Source of the DNA: Pirellulales bacterium
GTDB taxonomy: Bacteria; Planctomycetota; Planctomycetia; Pirellulales; JAEUIK01
DNA: 64,000 nt
Direction of reading: 5' to 3'
Assembly: GCA_050184475.1 (NCBI GenBank)
Contig: JBFXAH010000011.1
Span: 75,208 to 139,207 of the forward strand
The stretch's first letter is position 1; every line of letters starts with the position of its first letter. A model generated the notes under the pieces. It was not told where the DNA came from, did no database searches, and worked only from the letters and a program-made list of their open reading frames with translations. This document shows positions 16,037 to 23,578 of the stretch, in pieces. The position numbers were made by a program, and so were the translations under genes.

Positions 16037-17112
16037 TGAGCGACGAAAACATCTCGCGAGCCGAGGTCGAACGGACGTTGGCCGACTTTCAAGACCCCGA
16101 AACCGGCCGCAGCGTCTGGAAGCTCGAGCAAGTCCGCGACTTGCAGGTGAGCGGCCGCCGCATTTCCCTCACCCTGGCGCTGACGACCCATTCGGCCCCG
16201 CTGTGGAAGGAAACCCGCGCCGAGCTGATCGAGCGCCTTGAGCGCGCGTTCCCCGGCGCCGAGGTGCGGGTCGAGCTCGCCACGCACGAGCGGCCAGCCG
16301 AGCGGCTCGGCGAAATCGGACTGGCCGCCAAGAGCGTCGTGGCCGTCGGCTCGGGCAAGGGAGGTGTCGGCAAAAGCACGATCGCGGCCAGCCTGGCCTA
16401 TGGGTTGCGCCGCGCGGGGTGCAAGGTTGGGCTGATGGACGCCGACGTCTATGGTCCGAGCGTCCCGCACTTGATCGGCGTCAATCGCCGGCCCGAGATC
16501 GTCGACCAGAAGATCCAGCCGATCGTGGTCGACGACGTCAAAGTGATGTCGATGGGTTTCCTCGTGCCGCCAGGCGAAGCGGTCGTGTGGCGCGGGCCGA
16601 TGTTGCACGGCGCCATCACCCAGTTCTTGCGCGATACCGATTGGGGGCAACTCGATTACCTGTTCATCGACTTACCGCCGGGGACCGGCGACATCGCCCT
16701 GACCTTGTCGCAATTGCTTCCGCTGACCGGCGCGGTCGTGGTCTGCACGCCGCAAGACGTGGCCTTGATCGACGCCGCCAAGGCGATCGCCATGTTCCGC
16801 AAGGTGAACATTCCTCTGTTGGGTATGGTCGAGAACATGAGCTACTTTGTCTGTCCCGACTGCAACAAGCGCTACGAGATCTTCGGCTCGGGGGGCGCGA
16901 AGCGCCAGGCGGCCGAGCTCGACGTGCCGTTCCTGGGCGAAGTGCCAATCAACATCGCCATGCGCGTCAACGGCGACGAGGGGCGCGTCGGCGCCAGCTT
17001 CGACGACCCGACGAGCGCGCCGTTTCTCGAAGGGCTTTGCCATCGGCTGGTCAAAGAGATCAGCACGCGGCATCGTCAGGCCCCACCGACGGTGCCGCTG
17101 CCGGTGCTGTAG
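16036..17112 (+). CDS. apbC: Mrp/NBP35/ApbC family Fe-S cluster carrier ATPase
   Basis: N-terminal DUF59-like segment, deviant Walker A VAVGSGKGGVGKST, and the CPDC motif in MSYFVCPDCNKRYEIFG. Confidence 0.9.
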   Translation: MSDENISRAEVERTLADFQDPETGRSVWKLEQVRDLQVSGRRISLTLALTTHSAPLWKETRAELIERLERAFPGAEVRVELATHERPAERLGEIGLAAKSVVAVGSGKGGVGKSTIAASLAYGLRRAGCKVGLMDADVYGPSVPHLIGVNRRPEIVDQKIQPIVVDDVKVMSMGFLVPPGEAVVWRGPMLHGAITQFLRDTDWGQLDYLFIDLPPGTGDIALTLSQLLPLTGAVVVCTPQDVALIDAAKAIAMFRKVNIPLLGMVENMSYFVCPDCNKRYEIFGSGGAKRQAAELDVPFLGEVPINIAMRVNGDEGRVGASFDDPTSAPFLEGLCHRLVKEISTRHRQAPPTVPLPVL

Positions 17113-17340
17113 CGATCGGCACTGGTCGATCGGCACGGCGGCGATCGCGCCCGAATCTGCCGCCAGATTGCAGGGGCACCTCCCGTAGCGCCAGATGGCT
17201 AGGGCATGCCGCGCCGCTGGGCCGTAGGGTAGTTGCAGACCGGCTACCTGATCTTGCCGGGCGGGTCAAACAGTTTGGCGGGATTTTTCTAAGTGGCTGG
17301 CGGGCAAGGGCATCCGGGGGGAGAAGCGCTCGAGACGGGG

Positions 17341-17380
17341 CGCAAAAATAGAACCGCCCGCCGAAAACCGGCGGGCGGTC
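17341..17380 (-). terminator. rho-independent terminator (minus strand)
   Basis: Perfect 11-bp stem ACCGCCCGCCG (17353..17363) / CGGCGGGCGGT (17369..17379) with loop AAAAC. On the minus strand it is followed by TTCTATTTTTG. It lies downstream of the lysine-rich micro-ORF. Confidence 0.55.
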
Positions 17381-17522
17381 CTGTCTCGTTGTAGTACACA
17401 GACTCGATGTGGCCAGCGAGTCGCAGATCGCCAACCGCGTTCGGCCACCACAACCACCACGAACGCAATGGATCGTCGCGGCGAGGTTGACGCGGTCGGC
17501 TCCTGGCGACCGCTGCGAAGGG

Positions 17523-17612
17523 TTACTTCTTCTTCTTCGCGGTCTTCTTCTTGGCGGCCTTCTTCTTGGTCGCTCCACCCTTCTTCGCAGCGGCCTTCTT
17601 CTTCTTTGCCAC
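17523..17612 (-). CDS. 29-aa lysine/alanine-rich micro-protein (H1/Hc1-tail-like), not in the ORF track
   Basis: Minus strand reads GGAGGAagaactGTG GCA AAG AAG AAG AAG GCC GCT GCG AAG AAG GGT GGA GCG ACC AAG AAG AAG GCC GCC AAG AAG AAG ACC GCG AAG AAG AAG AAG TAA, giving (M)AKKKKAAAKKGGATKKKAAKKKTAKKKK. The SD GGAGGA sits 6 nt before the GTG. The in-frame stop upstream at 17697..17699 has no earlier start after it. A terminator lies downstream. Confidence 0.5.
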   Translation of the reverse strand: MAKKKKAAAKKGGATKKKAAKKKTAKKKK

Positions 17613-18182
17613 AGTTCTTCCTCCTAAAAAGTGTCGCGGTGACTTTCGCTCGGTCGTCGCTTGAGAACACTCTCGAGGTTCGGCGACCGACGATACTCAC
17701 CCTTGACTAAAACGCTCCATTCGTTTCTGCCTGAGTGAAGGGTTCCGCGTCGCGTTGGCTGCTTCGCTGACCTTCGATCGCTCTTCGTCAACTGCTCGAC
17801 GACTCGTTTCGTTGGTCGTGGCGACGCGCGATAGCGACTCGTTCCCTCACTCTTGGATGTTAGTTGTACGAATTCCCTGAAATAGTGCAACAGAATTTCT
17901 TCGTTTGGCGCGCCACTTTTTTGAAAATTTTTTTGACGCCGTTGCGCCCTCGAAGCGCTCGCGCGGAGCAATTCAACAACCGCGCGCGACCAGATGGCAC
18001 CGCGCGCCAGCGCGCAGCGCGCCATCGCGCGACGGCGCTTCGATTTCAGTGGCACGCGCGCTGCGCCAGCACGCGTCACTCGTTCGTGAAGCGCTCTCAG
18101 AGCACGTGGCGCAGCGTCCAGATGTGGCCATGCATCGAGCGAATCGCGCAGAAAACGCCCGACCGCGCCCGCGATTTGCGCG

Positions 18183-19286
18183 TCAGGCGATCGCCGCGCA
18201 CACCGTGCTCGTGAACCGCGCCAACCAGCGGCGCCCCAACTCGAGCGGCTCGGTCGAGAGTGCTACCGCAAAGGCATCGAGCGCCGGATCGATCCACAGC
18301 ATCACGCCCGTCGATCCCCAGTGACCGTACGCTTCCGCCGAGAGCAAGTCGCCGAAGGTCGTGGCGTGGGCCGGCCAATGCAATTGCCAACCGAGCCCCC
18401 ACGGAAAGCAGCGGCGGTGCCGTTCGGGCACGTCGGGCATGCGCTCGAACCAGTTGGCGGTCATCGTCGTCAGGGTCGAACGACTGACGATTCCCGGGTG
18501 ACCGCGATGGATTCCCAGCAGGTGCCGGCAGAGCTTGGCCAGGTCCACGGCGTCGGAAAACACCCCGCCCCAGGGGACTCCCAGCCGCCGCCAGTACGGC
18601 TCGTTCCAGTACGATGCCCCCGAAAGTTGCACCCCCGTAACGCGGATTTCGGGCACGCGCTCGTACCCGCCGTCGAGCCCCAGCGAGGTGTTGTGCATCC
18701 CCAGCGGCGCGAAGACCCGCTCGGCGAGCATTTCCCCCACCCCGCGGCCGGTCACGCGGCGCACCACTTCGCCCAGCATCAAGTAGCCCAGGCTCTGGTA
18801 CTGCACGTCGAAGCCGGGCAAGAAGTCGGGCTTCAGTTCGCAGGCCCGCGCGAGAAACTCCGACAGCGGGGCCTGCGCGCCGCGCAACCGCGCGTTGTCG
18901 GGGAGCATGTCGGGCAAGCCCGACGTGTGCGTCAGGCAGTGCAGCAGCGTGATGTTTCGCTTGCCGTTGGAATTGAACTCCGGCACGTACGTCGAGACGG
19001 GATCGGCCAACTGCACGCGCCCCTCTTCGACGAGCATCATCACGGCCAGCGCCACGATCGGCTTGGTCGGGCTGGCGATCAGAAACAACGCGTCTTCGCG
19101 CAGCGGCCCACTATCGGGCGCGACCTGCTGCCGCCCGAACCAGCGCGGCTCGCTCGCGCCGCGCGAACTGCCGACGACAGCCGTCACGCCGGGCGTGCGG
19201 TCGCTGGCCGCGGCCTCGGCCAGAAACTGCCAGGCGCGTTCCAGCCCCGCGGACGTGAACCGATCGGCAACCAGCGTGGAATTCAT
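18183..19286 (-). CDS. serine hydrolase, beta-lactamase/transpeptidase-like (class C/EstB-type)
   Basis: ORF 18183..19361, trimmed to the ATG at 19286. SxxK motif in FLIASPTKPIVALAVMMLVEEG. The downstream YQSLGYLMLGEVV segment is consistent with the family. Confidence 0.8.
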   Translation of the reverse strand: MNSTLVADRFTSAGLERAWQFLAEAAASDRTPGVTAVVGSSRGASEPRWFGRQQVAPDSGPLREDALFLIASPTKPIVALAVMMLVEEGRVQLADPVSTYVPEFNSNGKRNITLLHCLTHTSGLPDMLPDNARLRGAQAPLSEFLARACELKPDFLPGFDVQYQSLGYLMLGEVVRRVTGRGVGEMLAERVFAPLGMHNTSLGLDGGYERVPEIRVTGVQLSGASYWNEPYWRRLGVPWGGVFSDAVDLAKLCRHLLGIHRGHPGIVSRSTLTTMTANWFERMPDVPERHRRCFPWGLGWQLHWPAHATTFGDLLSAEAYGHWGSTGVMLWIDPALDAFAVALSTEPLELGRRWLARFTSTVCAAIA

Positions 19287-19380
19287 ACGTACCCAAGGAG
19301 GGAAGGAGGGACGCACATAACGGGAGCACCGGCCCCGCGCGCCAGGCATCGCGTCGATCATTGCCCAGCCGGTTCGCAGG

Positions 19381-19953
19381 TCAACGGCCGTTTGGCACGT
19401 AGCGACCGTTCACATCGTAGGGCAGATTGAGCTGGCTGTCGTTGATGCCTTGGGCTTCGGCTTCGAGCTCGCGCCAGTGCCAGGGGGGCATCGGATTGCT
19501 GTGCGACCACAGGCCGCGATGCCGGCGGCGAGCCATCCGTTCGGCGCTCGCCAGGTCGCGGCTGTAAGCGCTGGCGCGCGACTCGTCGACCAACGGCAAG
19601 CGCCAGGCCAAACCTTGATCGACCAGCTCGCGCCCCAGGTCGCGACCGTCGACCAATACGCGCCCCTCGACGCGATCATCCTTGTGCGTTCGCGTCACCT
19701 CGACAATCGCCTGCCGGCCACCGGCCCAGCGCACCAGCGACATGCGGGCATTGCCGCCATAAGGCTGCGGCATTTCGGGGGCGTCGACTCCGGACAGCCG
19801 CACGATCCGCTGCCGAGTGCCGAATTCGATCACCACCACGTCGCTGTCGGGGATATCGATCACGCGGCCCGCCAGCTCTTCGGCCAGGAGAGGACAATTG
19901 CCAAGTATCGCGCAAGACGCCACGACGAGCGCCCAACCAAGAACGGATCGCAT
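19381..19953 (-). CDS. secreted thermonuclease (SNase/TNase-like) domain protein
   Basis: Signal peptide MRSVLGWALVVASCAILG. GRVIDIPDSDVVVIEFGTRQRIVRLSGVDAPEM...GRVLVDGRDLGRELVDQGLAW matches the staphylococcal-nuclease OB-fold pattern. Confidence 0.8.
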   Translation of the reverse strand: MRSVLGWALVVASCAILGNCPLLAEELAGRVIDIPDSDVVVIEFGTRQRIVRLSGVDAPEMPQPYGGNARMSLVRWAGGRQAIVEVTRTHKDDRVEGRVLVDGRDLGRELVDQGLAWRLPLVDESRASAYSRDLASAERMARRRHRGLWSHSNPMPPWHWRELEAEAQGINDSQLNLPYDVNGRYVPNGR

Positions 19954-19980
19954 CGAAAACTATCTCCCGCTCAGGACCGC

Positions 19981-20445
19981 TTATCGTAACAGCGGTCGCA
20001 AATCGACCGGTTTCTTCGCGCCAGTCACGAATTCTACGAATAACCCGATCCTGCTCAACTCCTGCTGGATTCTGGCCTGCGAGGTTGGCGCACCTGCGGA
20101 CGAGATAATCAGGCCCTTTACTCTGGTTCGCGGTGGCCTGAACTCGGCGGGCAATCTAGGGACAACGGCTTGAAAAGTGGACGTAAGCTGGCTCGCTGCC
20201 CTCTCAAAATCTCTTCCCTTGAACTCGACAAAGATCAGCAAGGCTGCCTTCGTCCCTTCTCGATAAAAGACCAGCGCGTCGCAGACTCTGCCCTGCAGTC
20301 CCAACGCCGCACGGCACTCTTCACAATCCATGCGAAAGAACAAGATGCGTTCCGTAACGCGAGGCTCGATCCTAATGCCTACCCTGTTCTCGCTAAGGGA
20401 AGTCCCGTTGTGGAAGCAGTTCCACACCAGACTATGAAAGACCAT
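19981..20445 (-). CDS. 154-aa partner of the island ATPase; putative PD-(D/E)xK-fold nuclease with an N-terminal Cys/His cluster
   Basis: ORF 19981..20475. The ATG at 20445 (or TTG at 20475) overlaps the ATPase stop by 14 (or 44) nt. The motif RVCDALVFY-x9-ALLIFVEFKG fits the D...(D/E)xK layout. CFH...CEEC lies upstream. Low GC. No family recognised by eye. Confidence 0.5.
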   Translation of the reverse strand: MVFHSLVWNCFHNGTSLSENRVGIRIEPRVTERILFFRMDCEECRAALGLQGRVCDALVFYREGTKAALLIFVEFKGRDFERAASQLTSTFQAVVPRLPAEFRPPRTRVKGLIISSAGAPTSQARIQQELSRIGLFVEFVTGAKKPVDLRPLLR

Positions 20446-21841
20446 GTTCCCCGGCCCCGTTTTCCACGCTAGCAATCTTGGAGTACAGGTTGGCGACGTA
20501 GTCCGATTCGTCAGCGAAACTCTTCACGTCGATAATCCCATCGTCAACGATGTCCTTGACTTCGCCGTCCTCTTGGAACAAGTACGCGGCGACTTTGTCT
20601 GGGGCCAAGAAGGCGTCGGCGCTGCCGAGCTTGGTCTCGCCGGCCAGCTTGGCTTGAGCCTTGCGCGACTTTGCCCCGGCAGCCATCATGTTGTTCAAAT
20701 GATCGACAAAATACGGACTGTGCGTGGTGACGACGATCTCCAGGCCGGCGTTGACGAGCATGGCGAAAAGCTCGACAAGTTGAAGTTGGGCTTCTGGATG
20801 CGCGTTCATTTCAGGCTCGTCGATGACAAGAACGTCGCCCGGTACGGCAAGATGTCGCAGAATCATGTCGAGACCGGCGAGAGAACGGACGAGCGACGCG
20901 ACGGCGTGCATCCGCAGTTTTGGGCCATCGCTCGCGAAGTACTCGAAGGTCGCGCCGCCTTTGTCGGCGCGACTTGAGCTTACGCTTCCACCCAGTACTT
21001 GGTGCTCCAACACCGAGGAAGCGGTGTTGATTGCCGATTCTGTTAGCTTTGGACGCACATACCAGAGCAATCTCAATAGATTGATGAAATCGGCAGTTGG
21101 TTCGTTGTAGATTGCAGACAAATCACGGGTCATCGACCTTTCGAGAAAAAGGGGACTAAATGCGACGAGAGCTTTCCTTTCAGCAGGTAAAGCAATTACT
21201 CGCTGCTTCGTCGAAACGAGCATTCGACTCAGCCAGGACTCCACGGTCGCACGACCTTGATCGCGGTTAGTTGCCCCAGTGCTATCCCGCCAAGACTCAC
21301 GAAACATAGGTTCGCCTTCAGCAGTGCCGAGTGCGCTTACTGTGAGCTCCCCTGTTGGCGGGAACCTAGTTATTACTAGTCGACGGATCGTTCCGTTTTG
21401 CAGAAATTCGTCGCGCGGCAACAGCAAATCTGTGAATGACTCGCTCAGATCCTCTTCCGGAACTGCCAGCGTCCTTGCGAGTGCGGCGCCCTGAAGTTTG
21501 AGCGAAACTTCCAACGGCAATTTTAATCCGCGAAGAAGATCATCTCGAGAAACTACTACCGATATCGAGTCTTCCGACTCGGTCGCCATCGACTTCAATA
21601 CCTGAGAACTGTTGGCCGAGGTTGTCCTGTTGAGATAGTCCGCAAAAACAGAGAGTCGTGCGGTCTCGCTCCTGTACCCGACGCCGACACCAATGCTCGT
21701 CGAAATGTCCCTGAGCAGCCCATACAGCGCGTAGGCCGTCCAGGTCTTATTGGTATTGTTCTTGCCAATGAAGACCGTGAACGGCTTGATTTCCAGCTCG
21801 GCCGATTTGATCCGGCCAAGATTCGAGACTTTAAGTTTCAA
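20432..21841 (-). CDS. AAA_15/AAA_21-type ABC (SMC/OLD-like) ATPase, defence-system-type
   Basis: 469 aa. N-terminus MKLKVSNLGRIKSAELEIKPFTVFIGKNNTNKT (variant Walker A). Long insert, then the signature-like ASLVRSLAGL, Walker B VLVIDEPEMNAHP and H-loop VVTTHSPYF. TTG start. GC is clearly lower than in flanking genes. Confidence 0.85.
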   Translation of the reverse strand: MKLKVSNLGRIKSAELEIKPFTVFIGKNNTNKTWTAYALYGLLRDISTSIGVGVGYRSETARLSVFADYLNRTTSANSSQVLKSMATESEDSISVVVSRDDLLRGLKLPLEVSLKLQGAALARTLAVPEEDLSESFTDLLLPRDEFLQNGTIRRLVITRFPPTGELTVSALGTAEGEPMFRESWRDSTGATNRDQGRATVESWLSRMLVSTKQRVIALPAERKALVAFSPLFLERSMTRDLSAIYNEPTADFINLLRLLWYVRPKLTESAINTASSVLEHQVLGGSVSSSRADKGGATFEYFASDGPKLRMHAVASLVRSLAGLDMILRHLAVPGDVLVIDEPEMNAHPEAQLQLVELFAMLVNAGLEIVVTTHSPYFVDHLNNMMAAGAKSRKAQAKLAGETKLGSADAFLAPDKVAAYLFQEDGEVKDIVDDGIIDVKSFADESDYVANLYSKIASVENGAGEHGLS

Positions 21842-21990
21842 CGACCGCTCCCGGAAGCATGGGGCGTCTCGGCAAGCTGATTTGCTGGCTCTCTAAATAC
21901 TAATTCGGCATGCTGGTCGCGAACCGTGTGCCCCCCTGAGGGGCGATCCGTCGCAACCACTAGAAGTAGTTCCAAAACCGTCCAAAGCAG

Positions 21991-22041
21991 GGGGACAGTC
22001 CCATTTTGCTCGGAGTACCTTGTAAAATCGGGACAGTCCCC
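21991..22041. promoter_or_regulatory. pair of identical 11-12-bp palindromes GGGACAGTCCC in the island's upstream region (operator candidate)
   Basis: GGGGACAGTCCC at 21991..22002 and GGGACAGTCCCC at 22030..22041, spaced 39 bp start to start. They lie 150-200 bp upstream of the ATPase start on the minus strand. Confidence 0.4.
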
Positions 22042-22239
22042 GACGGATTTGAAACCGGTTCTAGAAATTACCCTGCCCAAAAAACGACTGCCGAAGTGGA
22101 CTATTCGATCGGCACGACCGTCAGACTCGCCGCCACTTCTCGATTGTAGCGCGCCAGGGGAAGCCAGTTAAACCGGCCAGCCCCAGCGTGTCCGAGCCGA
22201 CCAGCGCCAGACTGCTGGGAGTGCGAAACACTCCTTCGC

Positions 22240-23370
22240 CTAGGCGCTAGTCTCCGTAGAACACTCGGTCCCGCAGCTTCGCAGCTCGGTGGCCGGCTCG
22301 GGGTTGTGAGCCACGGTAAAGCCCAGGTCTTCGAGCATGCGGTAATCTTCGGCGGCCGGCTGCCCTTTGGTGGTCAAGTAGTCCCCCACGAACAGCGAGT
22401 TGGCGGCGTACATCCCCAGCGGCTGCAAGCTGCGCAAGTGCAACTCGCGTCCGCCGGCAATGCGAATTTCGCTCGCCGGGTTGGCCAGCCGGGCCAGGCA
22501 AAGCACCTTCAGGCAATAGCGCGGGTTCAACCGGCTGATGCCTGCCAGCGGCGTGCCCGAGATGGCGTTCAAGAAGTTGATCGGGATCGAATGCACGCCC
22601 AGCTCGCGCAAGGCAAAGACCATGTCGACGACGTCGCCGTCGCGCTCCCCCATGCCGACGATGCCGCCGGAGCACATCTCCATGCCGGCGTCGCGGACCG
22701 CCGCCAGCGTGTCGACGCGGTCCTGCCAGGTGTGCGTGGTGCAAATGTCGCCGTAATACGACTCGCTGGTGTTCAGGTTATGGTTCACGCGGTCGACGCC
22801 GGCCGCCGCCAGCCGCTGCGCTTGATCGGGACGCAGCAGCCCCAGGCAGGCACAGACCTTGAGGTTGTAGGCCGCCTTGATCTTCGGAACGATCGACTCG
22901 ATCGCCGCGACTTCGCGGTCGTTCGGGCCGCGGGCCGAGATGACGATGCAATACGTCTTGGCCTGCCGCTCGGCGGCGATGCGCGCCCCGTCCAGCAACT
23001 TCTGCTCGTCGAGCAGGTTGTAGCGCGGAATCTCGGCTTCGGAAACCTTCGACTGCGAGCAGTACGAACAGTCCTCGGGGCAGAGCCCGCTCTTGGCGTT
23101 CATCAGAAAGTAGAGCTGCACCTCGTTGCCGAAGTGCTGCCGGCGGACTCGATAGGTGGCCGCCAACAGGTCCATCAGCTCGTCGTCGGGCGAGCCGAGC
23201 ACGGCCAGCCCCTCGTCGGCCGTCAGCCGATGCCCGGCGAGCACGCGATCGGCCAGGTCGTGCCAGCGACCGCCTGGCGAGTTGCCAGCTCGCGCGGAGT
23301 CGGCGGTTGGTTCGTTGCTCTCCAAGGCTGCGGCGGCCAGGCGGTCGATCATGCCAACACGATTTTCCAA
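22240..23370 (-). CDS. bioB: biotin synthase (radical SAM)
   Basis: CPEDCSYCSQS (CxxxCxxC) radical-SAM motif. YFLMNAKSG...VISARGP...CACLG...NHNLNTS...MCSGGIVGMGE is typical of BioB. The start may instead be the internal ATG at 23352. Confidence 0.9.
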   Translation of the reverse strand: MENRVGMIDRLAAAALESNEPTADSARAGNSPGGRWHDLADRVLAGHRLTADEGLAVLGSPDDELMDLLAATYRVRRQHFGNEVQLYFLMNAKSGLCPEDCSYCSQSKVSEAEIPRYNLLDEQKLLDGARIAAERQAKTYCIVISARGPNDREVAAIESIVPKIKAAYNLKVCACLGLLRPDQAQRLAAAGVDRVNHNLNTSESYYGDICTTHTWQDRVDTLAAVRDAGMEMCSGGIVGMGERDGDVVDMVFALRELGVHSIPINFLNAISGTPLAGISRLNPRYCLKVLCLARLANPASEIRIAGGRELHLRSLQPLGMYAANSLFVGDYLTTKGQPAAEDYRMLEDLGFTVAHNPEPATELRSCGTECSTETSA

Positions 23371-23578
23371 ATGCGGGTGAAAGTCTGGTCGTCCGGGCGA
23401 CTTCGGTCGCGGGAGCCAGCTTCTGGATTACAACAGAACGCCTAGCGAGCGACAAGGCGATCGAACCGCGAGAAAGCCGCTCCAGAACCTCAACTTGGCA
23501 CTCTCTCCGGTCGAAGTCACAATAATATAGAGGAGCAACGGGGCCCGAACTGGGCCGATTCTTGTATCTGGAATCCCG

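Noticed and set aside
21838-22080. An 80-aa minus-strand ORF upstream of the island ATPase whose stop overlaps the ATPase TTG start (TTGA), possibly a third gene of the module.
   Set aside because: It starts with TTG, has no internal Met and no recognisable motif, and spans the paired palindromes, which look regulatory. I cannot support it from sequence alone. It deserves a check by conservation or Ribo-seq.
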